Below, piece after piece: positions 35,691 through 45,545 of a stretch of DNA of 64,000 nt. Both the position numbers and the translations under genes were made by a program. Numbering within the stretch: the first letter of the stretch is position 1; the number at the start of each line of letters is the position of its first letter. A model generated the notes under the pieces. The model saw nothing but the letters and a program-made list of their open reading frames with translations. It searched no databases and was not told the DNA's origin. The stretch is taken from contig OY782041.1 of NCBI GenBank assembly GCA_963677595.1, positions 448,001-512,000 on the forward strand, in the 5' to 3' direction. This stretch comes from Spirochaetia bacterium (GTDB lineage: Bacteria; Spirochaetota; Spirochaetia; CAKZLE01).

Positions 35691-36641
35691 GTGTCGACAG
35701 TTCTCTTCATTTTCGTACACAACATCATACCGGTATTCATCGTCATGGCTATCGGGTTCATCATCGCTAAGAACTTCGATATCCAGATAACGAGCCTGAC
35801 GAAACTCAACTTCTATGCGATATCTCCCTGCTTCATCTTCGCAAGCCTCTACCCTGCCGAGATACCGGCGTCCATGGGGCTCGTCGTCCTCTTCGTGATC
35901 GCCTTCACCGCCCTGTCCTGGGCTGTGAGCTTCCTCGTGAGCAGGCTGCTGAAGTTCAGCAGGTCCGAGGGGAGTGTCCTGATCAATTCGATGATCTTCA
36001 TCAACTCGGGGAACATGGGCTTGCCTATCATGGCCCTCGTCTTCGCCGCCTCCCCATTCCTCGAACATGCGATGACCGTCCAGATTTCGGTCCTCTTCGT
36101 TCAGAGCGTCACCACCCAGACCCTCGGCTTCTATATCTCGCACAGCGGGAGCGAGACAAGCCACTGGAAGGAATCCCTGAGGAGTGTCCTCAAAATGCCC
36201 GCGATCTATGCCGGTCTCCTCGTCATCATCTTCAAGCTGATCCCGATAGACCTGACGACGATGTTCTTCTGGCCCTCCCTGGAATATGTCCGGGCCACGA
36301 TGATCGGGTTCGCCCTCATGACCTTCGGGGTCCAGCTGGCGAAGACCGAATGGCGGATAGACAGCTACAAGGTCTTCGTACCCGTCATCCTGAGGCTGGG
36401 TATCGGTCCCCTGATCGCCCTCGCGCTCATCCTGCTCTTCAGGTTCCCGGCGGAGACATCCCAGGTACTGCTGATCTCAGCGACCATGCCGACAGCGGTG
36501 AACACCGCACTGATTGCCGTGGAGACCGGCAACTCACCCAAGTTCGCCTCCCAGGTCGTCATGGTCTGCACGATCATGAGCCTCTTCGCCCTGACAGCTG
36601 TCATCGCTATCAGCGGCAGCCTGTTCCCGGTCAGCCTGTAG
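35691..36641 (+). CDS. AEC (auxin efflux carrier) family transporter
   Basis: NSGNMGLP and MPTAVN motifs; about 10 TM segments. Confidence 0.85.
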   Translation: MSTVLFIFVHNIIPVFIVMAIGFIIAKNFDIQITSLTKLNFYAISPCFIFASLYPAEIPASMGLVVLFVIAFTALSWAVSFLVSRLLKFSRSEGSVLINSMIFINSGNMGLPIMALVFAASPFLEHAMTVQISVLFVQSVTTQTLGFYISHSGSETSHWKESLRSVLKMPAIYAGLLVIIFKLIPIDLTTMFFWPSLEYVRATMIGFALMTFGVQLAKTEWRIDSYKVFVPVILRLGIGPLIALALILLFRFPAETSQVLLISATMPTAVNTALIAVETGNSPKFASQVVMVCTIMSLFALTAVIAISGSLFPVSL

Positions 36642-36772
36642 TATAATTCATTTCCCTATCCATCCCTTTATCCCTATATTTACCATAGAGAGGGGACGCT
36701 CACAAGATGAGAAGATTCTCATCAGATGTGATGCATCTCATCAGGTCCCCTTCGACTGAGGAGGCTTAAGCC

Positions 36773-37609
36773 ATGAGAACCATGAGACCGTTGGATGAGA
36801 AAGAAGCATATGTCATAGAGAAGAAGGGGACAGAACGACCCTATACCGGCGAATACTGGAACCTGTTCGACCAGGGAGTCTACCTCTGCAGGAGGTGCGG
36901 TACCCCGCTCTACCGGTCAGAGTCCAAGTTCCCCTCCGACTGCGGCTGGCCGAGTTTCGACGACGAGATCCCCGGCAGAGTCAGGAGGCAGGTCGATGCC
37001 GACGGGTACCGGACCGAGATCCTCTGTGAACACTGCAGGGGACATCTCGGCCATGTCTTCACCGGCGAGCACTATACCGACAAGAACACGCGCCACTGCG
37101 TGAACTCCCTCTCCATGCAGTTCGTCCAGACCCGGCAGGCGATCTTCGCCTCAGGCTGCTTCTGGGGGACCCAGTACCACTTCAACAAGGCCAAGGGAGT
37201 TATCCACACCACCGCAGGTTTCACCGGCGGCAGGGTGAGCGAACCCTCCTACCGGCAGGTCTGCACCGGGCAGACCGGGCACCTCGAGGCAGTCGAGGTC
37301 CTCTATGACCCGGAGCACACCAGCTTCGAGGAGCTTGCCAAGCTCTTCTTTGAGACCCATGACCCGACCCAGACTGACGGCCAGGGTCCCGACATCGGGG
37401 AGCAGTACCTCTCAGCGGTCTTCTACCACAACGAGCATGAGCGGCAGACGGCAGAGGAGCTCATAGCGATCCTTGAAGGGAACGGGCTCAGAGTCGCTAC
37501 CAGGCTGCTGCCTGCGGGGATCTTCTGGCCGGCCGAGGAGTACCACCAGGACTATTATGAGAAGAAGCACGGTACTCCCTACTGCCATATATATACAAAG
37601 CGTTTCTAA
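36773..37609 (+). CDS. msrAB: Fused methionine sulfoxide reductase MsrB-MsrA
   Basis: GTERPYTG, CGWPSF and RHCVNS (MsrB); SGCFWG and AEEYHQDY (MsrA). Confidence 0.95.
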   Translation: MRTMRPLDEKEAYVIEKKGTERPYTGEYWNLFDQGVYLCRRCGTPLYRSESKFPSDCGWPSFDDEIPGRVRRQVDADGYRTEILCEHCRGHLGHVFTGEHYTDKNTRHCVNSLSMQFVQTRQAIFASGCFWGTQYHFNKAKGVIHTTAGFTGGRVSEPSYRQVCTGQTGHLEAVEVLYDPEHTSFEELAKLFFETHDPTQTDGQGPDIGEQYLSAVFYHNEHERQTAEELIAILEGNGLRVATRLLPAGIFWPAEEYHQDYYEKKHGTPYCHIYTKRF

Positions 37610-37628
37610 AGAGGCTATACTCGATCCC

Positions 37629-38399
37629 ATGATACATCTCAGACACATAACCGTACGTAAACAGGGTAAGGACATCCTCGATGACCTCTCCCTTGACATA
37701 GCAGAGGGGGAGAACGTGGCGATCATCGGACCCAACGGGTCCGGGAAGTCCACGCTCGTCCATGTGCTCACCCACCAGATGCACCCCGTGCAGGTGGAGG
37801 GGATGGAGAAGTCCATCTTTGGGAAGAGCCGATGGAACGTCTACCAGCTGCGGAAACAGATCGGCATCGTCTCCGACAGTCTTGCCGAGCTCTGCAATAC
37901 CACCTACAAGGCCGAGGACATCGTGGTATCGGGGTTCTTCAGCAGCATCGGCATCGACTTCTACCACCAGGTGAACGATGAGATGCGGTCAAGAAGCATG
38001 GAGATGATGGAGTTCATGGGTGTGGGCCACCTCGGGGCCAAGCCGATGAACCGGCTCTCTTCCGGAGAGGCACGGCGGGTGCTCATCGCCCGCGCGCTGG
38101 TCCATGACCCGGGGACCCTCATCCTCGACGAGCCGGTTTCCAACCTGGACCTGAGGACCCAGAAGCAGTTCAAGGAACGGGTGCGGGACGTCGCACGGAA
38201 CGGGAAGCATATCATCCTGGTGACTCATGACCTCGCCGAGATCATCCCCGAGATCGAGCGGGTGATCATCATGAAGCAGGGGAAGCTCTTCACAGAAGGG
38301 AAGAAGGAGGAGATCCTCACCCCTGCTATCCTCTCCGAGGTCTTCGACACGAAGGTCTTCGTCGACCACCACGAAGGCTGGTACAAGGCCTGGTGCTAA
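37629..38399 (+). CDS. Orphan ABC ATPase (ModF/YlmA-like)
   Basis: GPNGSGKS, LSSGE, LILDEP and VTH motifs. Confidence 0.85.
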   Translation: MIHLRHITVRKQGKDILDDLSLDIAEGENVAIIGPNGSGKSTLVHVLTHQMHPVQVEGMEKSIFGKSRWNVYQLRKQIGIVSDSLAELCNTTYKAEDIVVSGFFSSIGIDFYHQVNDEMRSRSMEMMEFMGVGHLGAKPMNRLSSGEARRVLIARALVHDPGTLILDEPVSNLDLRTQKQFKERVRDVARNGKHIILVTHDLAEIIPEIERVIIMKQGKLFTEGKKEEILTPAILSEVFDTKVFVDHHEGWYKAWC

Positions 38400-39295
38400 T
38401 AGGCTGTATGCAGCCCGGGGAGGAGCTCCTCCCCGATTGAGAGGCCCGGGCTGAGACGGATTCCCGCTGACAGGACCAAAGACGGCTGGTCATCGTAGAT
38501 CGGGAATCCCCGGTTGCCTGAGAACGAGAAGATCTCATGGGCGACCCAGTCCTGGATCAGGTGACGGATCGGGTCATACTGCACCCCTGCAGACAGTTCC
38601 ATGTACTCATTCGCATAGCCAAGATATAACAGCGAGAGGCGGTACGGCCGCCCGACCTCATTGACGAACCCGTTCGGGTACCGATACCCGAATGAATCGA
38701 AGGCGACCTCCCCCGGGTAGACCTCCGGCCCCTGGACCCGGTTCCCGGTGAAGAGCCGCAGCCCGAGGGAGAACTCCTCATTCGTGCTCTCCCTCTCCCA
38801 GACAGTCCGGAAGGCCGCGGTACGGTACCGGTCCTCGGTGTCGCTCAGGAAGAGCCAGGTGAAGGGGACCCCGTCATTCTCATATATGAACCTGATGCGA
38901 TTGTCCCGGCTGAAGAGGAAATAGTTGAAAGCAATGGAGGCAACCCCGGTACGCTGCCGGAACTTCGAAAGCTCCCCCGTCCCGAACCACCAGTTCGTCC
39001 CCAGGGCATAGGAGACGAAGGGCCCTTCCACCCCGACCATGGGGGAGATGCGGAACTCCATACCCTTCTCCCCGAAGCCCTTGAAGTTCGTATGGTATGC
39101 AGAGAAGAGCTCCAGCGAGGGAACGACATCCCCGATATCGGTCGGGAACCCGACTGCGAGGTCGATGCCGGCAGACAGGGTGAAGGACCCCTGCCCAAAG
39201 GAACAGCGCAGCTCAGGCTGCAGCCTGAACGCTGTCTCCCCAGAGACGGTGAAAGCAGAGAACAGCAGTACTACAAGAACCAACCTGTTCCTCAT
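38396..39295 (-). CDS. Exported protein with Ntox23 (polymorphic toxin 23)-like domain
   Basis: Signal peptide; YENDG, DRYRTAA and RHLIQDWVAH motifs. Confidence 0.6.
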   Translation of the reverse strand: MRNRLVLVVLLFSAFTVSGETAFRLQPELRCSFGQGSFTLSAGIDLAVGFPTDIGDVVPSLELFSAYHTNFKGFGEKGMEFRISPMVGVEGPFVSYALGTNWWFGTGELSKFRQRTGVASIAFNYFLFSRDNRIRFIYENDGVPFTWLFLSDTEDRYRTAAFRTVWERESTNEEFSLGLRLFTGNRVQGPEVYPGEVAFDSFGYRYPNGFVNEVGRPYRLSLLYLGYANEYMELSAGVQYDPIRHLIQDWVAHEIFSFSGNRGFPIYDDQPSLVLSAGIRLSPGLSIGEELLPGLHTAY

Positions 39296-39341
39296 ATATA
39301 CATGGTATGGCCTTCACGGGAGGAAAGCAATACCTATCTTC

Positions 39342-39965
39342 TCAGGCTTTGGCTGAGGTGTCCAGCTCGGGAGCAAGGTGGTGGATAGTTATCTCATGGG
39401 CAGTCCCGACCGCGTCGAAATCCACCTCCCAGATATCGCCGTTAGAGGGGATCCATTCAGGATAGGAAGGCAGGGTGCAGGTCAGCACAGCATGCATGAG
39501 GCGCATGGTCACCGCATGGGCCACGATGAGCCAATCCCCCTCTTCGAGGGTTTCGAAGAAGCGCCCCACCCGTTCTGCCAGCATACGGTAGGACTCCCCT
39601 CCTCCTGAAGGGACCCAGTCCCACCGCTTCAGGCGGTCATGCATGTAATCAGGCTGGTGGTTGAGTTCCTCATAGCTCATCCCGGAGTACTTCCCAAGGT
39701 GCTGCTCGATAATGAGGTCATTCGTCTCTAGGGGAAGGTCGAAGAGTTCCATGAAGGGAGCGGCAGTCTGCCTGGCACGGGACAGGGGGGATGAGAGAAT
39801 ATGGTCGATCCCCCCGCCAGATGCTTCGAGCAGGGCTTTGAACCGTCCGGCGATCAATGATGCCTGCAGCTTCCCCTCCTCGGTGAGTGGGAAATCCTTC
39901 TGGGATGCCAGGATCCCTCTGCTGTTCGCCTCGCTCCGGGCATGTCTCATGATGTATAGTCTCAT
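39342..39965 (-). CDS. Histidine phosphatase family protein
   Basis: MRHARSEAN, SSPLSRARQTA, GGES and VAH motifs. Confidence 0.88.
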   Translation of the reverse strand: MRLYIMRHARSEANSRGILASQKDFPLTEEGKLQASLIAGRFKALLEASGGGIDHILSSPLSRARQTAAPFMELFDLPLETNDLIIEQHLGKYSGMSYEELNHQPDYMHDRLKRWDWVPSGGGESYRMLAERVGRFFETLEEGDWLIVAHAVTMRLMHAVLTCTLPSYPEWIPSNGDIWEVDFDAVGTAHEITIHHLAPELDTSAKA

Positions 39966-40011
39966 GGATGATAAGTATACGAGTTTCATCCATGCAGCTC
40001 AAGACACAACG

Positions 40012-40045
40012 AATAAGGGGGCTGCCTCACATGAGACAGCCCCCC
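40012..40045 (-). terminator. Intrinsic terminator
   Basis: GGGGGCTG.CTCA/TGAG.CAGCCCCC stem downstream of the beta-barrel gene. Confidence 0.7.
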
Positions 40046-40068
40046 GATTGTTCTTCTCTACCCAAGGA

Positions 40069-41298
40069 TCAGAGTTTGACCTTGGCTCCTACGATGAATG
40101 CCTGGTTCTGGTTCTGGCCGGCGTAGTTGCCCATCTCCCGGCTGTAGTAGGCAGCATTGACTTCCAGGACAAGCAGGTTGAGCCCGCCGCCGAAGGTGAT
40201 GTACCCCTGGTTGATTCCGCCACGGACTTTCAGCATACGCAGCAGGTTGATCTCAGCCCCGAGGTGGATGTTCTTCCAGAGGGAGTCGTTCTCGATATTC
40301 TCCGGGTCGCTCCAGAAGGTATGGGTGTACTCAGCAGTGAACTTGAAGTCCATCAGCTCCTTCGCAGGGGAGTCATAGCCGAACCCGCCGGTGATCGACA
40401 TCGGGATCACGTAGGTGTAGCCGGAGACCGGGTCACCCGTCAGGTACTCATAGAGTTCCATCGGGCCGCTCCCAGTGGTAACGGCGGTCTCGATCTCAGC
40501 CATGGTCTGGCTGGAGGTGATGAGCTCCGTCCCCCCGATGTTGTTCACGGCAGCACCGATGGTGAAGCCCTTACCCATCTCGAGGATGGCACCGGCATCG
40601 AAGCCGTAGCCGATACTCATGTCGAAGGGGAAGGATGCGGGATCGAAATCACCGCCTTCCGAACTCTCGCTGAGGAGGCTTGCCACTTCGGTGACCGAGA
40701 GCCGCTCGGACGGCCTCAGCCGCACGATACCGCGGGCATCAGCCCCGATATGGAGCTTGCTGTTCCCCATGCCGAAGCCGTGCGATATTCCTGCAACCAG
40801 GGATGAGGTCACGACCGGGTCGACATAGAGCGAGAGGGCCGTCCCCTCCTGGGTGATCAGCATATCAACATCGGTGAGGAACCCCAGTCCAAGCCCGAAG
40901 GCCGCGAGGCCGAGCCCGATGTTCACGTTGGTGCCTACCCCGCTCTCGAGGTCAAGATCCTCCAGGATGCTCAGGATGGCATCCTCAGGGGCAGGCATCT
41001 CCTCCGACCCCTGGATCGCCTGGACCCACAGATCGATGATCTGCTCGGTCGGTACGAAATAGGGACCGACGTTCACTGAGGCGAAGGTCAGCTGTCCGCC
41101 CTTGCGGGACAAGCCTGCAGGGTTGGTGAACAGCGACTCGAACCCGCTCGCGATCGGGACGTTCGATCCGCCCATAGATTCTACGATCGGCGAGAGCAGG
41201 TAGACCGGGCTATCATCGATGACCACGGTATCTTCAGCGAAGGCAGCGCCGCCGCACAGGAATATCAGAATCAGTAGAGATCCAAGTAACTTCTTCAT
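40069..41298 (-). CDS. TraF-like outer-membrane beta-barrel protein (paralog 1)
   Basis: Signal peptide, SMGG..LFTNPAGL N-motif, GFDAG, RGGINQGYITFGGG and YYSREMG C-motifs. Confidence 0.65.
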   Translation of the reverse strand: MKKLLGSLLILIFLCGGAAFAEDTVVIDDSPVYLLSPIVESMGGSNVPIASGFESLFTNPAGLSRKGGQLTFASVNVGPYFVPTEQIIDLWVQAIQGSEEMPAPEDAILSILEDLDLESGVGTNVNIGLGLAAFGLGLGFLTDVDMLITQEGTALSLYVDPVVTSSLVAGISHGFGMGNSKLHIGADARGIVRLRPSERLSVTEVASLLSESSEGGDFDPASFPFDMSIGYGFDAGAILEMGKGFTIGAAVNNIGGTELITSSQTMAEIETAVTTGSGPMELYEYLTGDPVSGYTYVIPMSITGGFGYDSPAKELMDFKFTAEYTHTFWSDPENIENDSLWKNIHLGAEINLLRMLKVRGGINQGYITFGGGLNLLVLEVNAAYYSREMGNYAGQNQNQAFIVGAKVKL

Positions 41299-43214
41299 CA
41301 CTCACCTCCTTCCTCGCCGCTTGTCGGCATCCAGTTGGCGGGGTTATAGGTCTCCGGGTCACCCAGGACTAACTCAAGCTCCGCGTAGATGTCTGAGGAG
41401 AGGTCCACCAGGTCGAACAGATAGGGGACCTTCTCCATGGCTGCATAATCGGCCATGAGCTTGTTCGTCGGGGTCGGCACTTCACCGAAAGCCCAAGGAA
41501 TCTTCACGAATCCTGCATAGTTCATGTAGCCTGCCATGGCATTCCACATGTCATATTCGTCATAGTAGCCGCCACGGGTGATCAGGTCATACTGCAGGCC
41601 GTCGGGGAACTCGTTCCCGGCCACCCCGTCGACATCCTCGTCCGCATAGCTGTAGGGAATGGCATCAGCGACGTACTTCAGGGTGATCCTCATGAACTCA
41701 TCAGCCGTTCCCTCATCGACTGCCTCGATGGTTATCGCATCGGTCGCATTGATGAAATCGGTGAACGGGTCGATGGTGATCATACCGATCGGGTCATCAG
41801 GATCCACCTTGGCCGCATAGTCTATCACGAAGCCGATCATGGACATGACGGTCATCTTCAGCCCATCAGCGTTCAGGGCGCCCTGCGGGGTGAGGTATTT
41901 GCTCCCGAGGCCTACGAGTTCCTGCTCCCCATCAGGATCGAGCGGGTCGACAGGCTCGATGCTCAAGGTCGAGAGGAATGCCCTCCCGGCATCTGCCATT
42001 GAATCAAAGGTGTCTACCGTCACATCGAAGGTCTCGAAGTTGAGCTTCTCAGCCATGGTGTCTATGATATCCTGGACCGGGTTGGATTCGCTGCCCCCTG
42101 CTGCCTCAACATCCTCGAAGGGGTTGGGGATGTAAGCCCCGAAGGTTGCGTAGACCTGGTCTACCAGCTCGCCTGCATTGGAGATCGAGTCGGTGCCGTA
42201 ACCGAGATACCGGTCAATGAATACCAGAAGTTCCTCAAGCGTGACGCCCGGGAGGGTGTCAGTAGCAGGGATCATGTACTGGTCAAGGTCATCGGTGAAT
42301 ACATTAGCAGGATTCTGCAGTTCCACCAAGTCGATGATCGAGGACCTGTTCTCATCATTACCAGTCCCGTCAAGCTCGATACCCGGCAATGATGCGGTGT
42401 CAGTATACGGATAGAACTTCACATTCTGTTCAGCCGTATCGGATGCGATATCGCGGGTGTACATGACATAGTACTGGTCAGCTCCTAAGGCAGTATGCCC
42501 CTGGAAGACCAGCTGGATCTTCGATGCCAGGTTCGAGAGCGTCACCGTATCTGTGCTGTCAGAGTCATTGAATATGATCGTCCTCTCGGCAAGCGACCGT
42601 GACCGGAACGTACCCATCTCTCCGAGCATGGAGAGCAGGATATCTGAGGTATCCTCGACGAGGACCCCTGCGTTGTCATCGGCAGCCATCCTGACAGCAA
42701 CTGATGCCGTAGCGGCATCCTGCAGGACCTCTCTCAGGGCCTGTACCTCTTCAGCCGGCACATCGGCCTCCATCGCATCATCAACGATCTCTTTGAAGGT
42801 CTTGGTCGCGAGGGCCGCTACCTGGTCTTCATCATCGAGGTCGATATCGAGGGCTTCGAGTACACCGTCGACGATCTTGTCCAGGTTCTCGGCGACCTGG
42901 TCCAGGTCCCCTCCGCCTGCCTCGAAATCATCGAGTGTGTCATTGTCGGCCATCTCATCGATCAGGTCAAGGTAATCGGTCAACCCTTCATCGACAACCA
43001 CTGGGCCGGCACCCCCATCTCCGCTCACTACCGTGAAGCCTGTCAGGTCGATATTCCCCTCTCCGTCATCGGGGACGTCCCCCAATGCATCCTCCAGGTC
43101 ATTCTCAGAGAAGACAGGAAGCTTCTCGAAGCTAGAGAATATGTTTATGTCGCAGCTGGAGAATGCGAAAAGCAGCCCTATGAGTAAAAGGGCCAGAAAC
43201 ATGCTTTTTCTCAT
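41298..43214 (-). CDS. Large acidic lipoprotein of unknown function
   Basis: Lipobox FSSC followed by DINIF; Asp/Glu-rich; stop overlaps the start of the downstream barrel gene (TGATG). Confidence 0.7.
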   Translation of the reverse strand: MRKSMFLALLLIGLLFAFSSCDINIFSSFEKLPVFSENDLEDALGDVPDDGEGNIDLTGFTVVSGDGGAGPVVVDEGLTDYLDLIDEMADNDTLDDFEAGGGDLDQVAENLDKIVDGVLEALDIDLDDEDQVAALATKTFKEIVDDAMEADVPAEEVQALREVLQDAATASVAVRMAADDNAGVLVEDTSDILLSMLGEMGTFRSRSLAERTIIFNDSDSTDTVTLSNLASKIQLVFQGHTALGADQYYVMYTRDIASDTAEQNVKFYPYTDTASLPGIELDGTGNDENRSSIIDLVELQNPANVFTDDLDQYMIPATDTLPGVTLEELLVFIDRYLGYGTDSISNAGELVDQVYATFGAYIPNPFEDVEAAGGSESNPVQDIIDTMAEKLNFETFDVTVDTFDSMADAGRAFLSTLSIEPVDPLDPDGEQELVGLGSKYLTPQGALNADGLKMTVMSMIGFVIDYAAKVDPDDPIGMITIDPFTDFINATDAITIEAVDEGTADEFMRITLKYVADAIPYSYADEDVDGVAGNEFPDGLQYDLITRGGYYDEYDMWNAMAGYMNYAGFVKIPWAFGEVPTPTNKLMADYAAMEKVPYLFDLVDLSSDIYAELELVLGDPETYNPANWMPTSGEEGGE

Positions 43215-43381
43215 AATTCCCTCCATTCAGGATTTGTTCGTGTTCATTTCCAAGCGAAAGCAGTCTGTATCTGTATGTATTATAACCAATGGGAATAGGG
43301 ATTGTTACTGTAAAACAGGAAGATAATTTAGATAATGGCAAAATTTAACCTATTACTAAGCAAATACTTAGCAACTGATCA

Positions 43382-43409
43382 TAAAAATAGCCGCCCGGTA
43401 GGGGCGGCT
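43382..43409 (-). terminator. Intrinsic terminator
   Basis: AGCCGCCC/GGGCGGCT stem followed by ATTTTT on the minus strand. Confidence 0.75.
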
Positions 43410-43435
43410 TGATCATCATTCTTGTGAATCTCTTA

Positions 43436-44677
43436 TCAGATCTTGACCTTGGCGCTGATCATGAGCTCTTCTGAGAGATCCTCATAGGTCATCCTGCTCT
43501 TTACGGCCTCGTCGACATAGTCGCCGAAGTAGGTAGCATTGACTTCGACAAGCAGCAGGTTGATCCCCGCACCTGCGGTGATCCTGCCCTTGTTGAGCCC
43601 GCCCCGGACCTTGGCGATGCCAAGCAGCGAGACCTCTGCACCGAGCTGCAGCTGTTCGATCAGGGTAGGCTCTTCGATGACAATGGACTTATCCGCGGCC
43701 AGGAGGGTGTCTAGGTCCAGCTCATAGTCTGCTGCGAGCCTGAGCCCCATCATGTGCCCCCTCGGGGTCTCATAGCCCAGCCCGACCTTCGCAGTCATCG
43801 GGAAGGTCAGGACGCTCCCGTTCGCAACCAGGTACTCGTAGAGTCCATCAGGCTCAAGAGTCTCCATCATATCCCCGATATTCTCAGCGGTATCTCCAAT
43901 CCAATACAGGTCCATATCGCCGATGTTCTCGACGGAGATGCCTGCAGAGAGCCCCCCAGGCAGGTCCAGGATCGCTCCTGCGTCGAACCCATAGCCCGCT
44001 GCGAGTTCAGCATCGGATTGCGAGAGGGTATCGTTAATCAATGCATACTTAAGATCAGTCTCCTGGAAGGTGCCCATGGCAAGGCCCTTCAGGTTAGCCC
44101 CGATACTCAGTGAGGCAGGTCCCATGTCGAACTTATGTGATAACCCGAGTACTGCCTCACTCTTCAGGATACCCTCGAATTTGATAGAATCCATATCATA
44201 AGCCTGAGAATAGATGTTGTACTCCGTGATGATCCCTGCACCGAGACCGAAGGCGCTCAGCCCGGCACCGACGTTACCGCCGATCGTGATCCCGTCCTGG
44301 ATCCCGAGTTTTGACAGGTCAGCGAAGAAGGCATCCTCATCCCCGTTGTACCAGACATCATAATGATCGATGATATCATCGAAGTCATAAACCGTATCAG
44401 GGTCCAGACTCTCCATCGGTGCGAATACCGTTGGATCCGGGATGAGGTCAGCATAGAAGTTGAGTGATGTGAACACCAGTTCCCCACCCCTCCTGCTGAA
44501 GCCTGCAGGATTGTTGAACAGGGCTTCGAACCCATTGGAGATTGCCGTCGAGGCGCCGCCCATGGCTTCTACCTCAGTGAACATGAACTTTTCCAGCGTA
44601 TCAAGAGTTGCTGAACCTGCGAAGACCGGTGTTACGATCAGCAGGCACACTATCATCATAATCATGAACTTTTTCAT
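43436..44677 (-). CDS. TraF-like outer-membrane beta-barrel protein (paralog 2)
   Basis: Signal peptide, AMGG..LFNNPAGF, GYGFDAG and RGGLNKGRITAGAG motifs; ends SAKVKI. Confidence 0.65.
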   Translation of the reverse strand: MKKFMIMMIVCLLIVTPVFAGSATLDTLEKFMFTEVEAMGGASTAISNGFEALFNNPAGFSRRGGELVFTSLNFYADLIPDPTVFAPMESLDPDTVYDFDDIIDHYDVWYNGDEDAFFADLSKLGIQDGITIGGNVGAGLSAFGLGAGIITEYNIYSQAYDMDSIKFEGILKSEAVLGLSHKFDMGPASLSIGANLKGLAMGTFQETDLKYALINDTLSQSDAELAAGYGFDAGAILDLPGGLSAGISVENIGDMDLYWIGDTAENIGDMMETLEPDGLYEYLVANGSVLTFPMTAKVGLGYETPRGHMMGLRLAADYELDLDTLLAADKSIVIEEPTLIEQLQLGAEVSLLGIAKVRGGLNKGRITAGAGINLLLVEVNATYFGDYVDEAVKSRMTYEDLSEELMISAKVKI

Positions 44678-44819
44678 CTCGTTTCCTCTCAATTGTGTGT
44701 TGTGTATAGAGTGTCAGTGCAAAGCAGTCTATCCTGTAGCAAGAATATCTGTTTGCTATACAAACCGCAAAGCAGTAAGATAGTTACAGGTTCTACTCGA
44801 AGATAGCACTACAATGTAC

Positions 44820-45396
44820 CTATAACACCATATTAGGAGAGTCAGGAATGCTTGTCAAATGGTTTTTCCGGAGGTTCTTCCCTTTAACAGAAATCACGCA
44901 ATTCAAAGATATCCTTGCCGTGCAGCCGCATGCGGACGATCTTGACATCGCGCTCGGCGGCACGATCGCCATGCTCGCAGAGAGGGGGGCGAGGATCACC
45001 TGCGTAACGGTCACCGATGATATCGGACAAGGTCCTGAGGGCACGCAGAGTATACGTCGCAAGGAGCAGGAGGAGGCAGGGAAGATATCGGGAGTGAGTG
45101 ACTTCATCTGGCTTGGGTACCCCGATGCGGGGTACTGGGACGAGGAGGCCTTGCGGAGGGATCTCATGAGGATCATGAACAGGGTGAAGCCGGACCTCAT
45201 CCTCTACCCTGACCCCACCCTCACCTTCGAGGCCCATCCAGACCACCTGAAGACCGGGAGGGCAGCCGCCGCAGCCGCCCTGCTCTTTCCCTATTTCTCG
45301 TCCGACGGAGCGGCTGCCGTCCCCCCGCCTGCCGGGGAGAGTACCATGGACTCAAGGGTGACCGTCGGCATGTACTTCTCCGACAAGCCGAACACC
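44820..45396 (+). repeat. Left copy of 577-bp direct repeat (target-site duplication)
   Basis: Matches 47555-48131 at offset 2735; ORF-track translations are identical in three frames. Confidence 0.93.
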
Positions 45397-45486
45397 CCGG
45401 TCTTTTTACCAGAATTAGCGAGTATGCCCATTTTCCCCATTTCAGCCCTGTCTAGGGCTATTTTTTTGGCCATTACGAATTTTTAA
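44848..45486 (+). pseudogene. Truncated PIG-L deacetylase copy fused to IS-derived codons
   Basis: First 183 aa identical to 47583-48344; tail PVFLPELASM... read from the IS left end. Confidence 0.88.
45444..45467 (+). terminator. Intrinsic terminator inside the IS left end
   Basis: AGCCCT-gtct-AGGGCT followed by ATTTTTTT. Confidence 0.7.
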
Positions 45487-45516
45487 AGAAATATTACTGT
45501 GCTACGTTGTACCACG

Positions 45517-45545
45517 TTGCGCCACGCTACCAAATGTGTTACACT
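45517..45545 (+). promoter_or_regulatory. Sigma70 promoter of the transposase
   Basis: TTGCGC-17-TACACT with TGn extension; AGGAGG RBS before ATG 45567. Confidence 0.7.

Noticed and set aside
40069-44677. Conjugative element suggested by TraF-like proteins
   Set aside because: No relaxase, VirB4, coupling protein, integrase or att sites visible.
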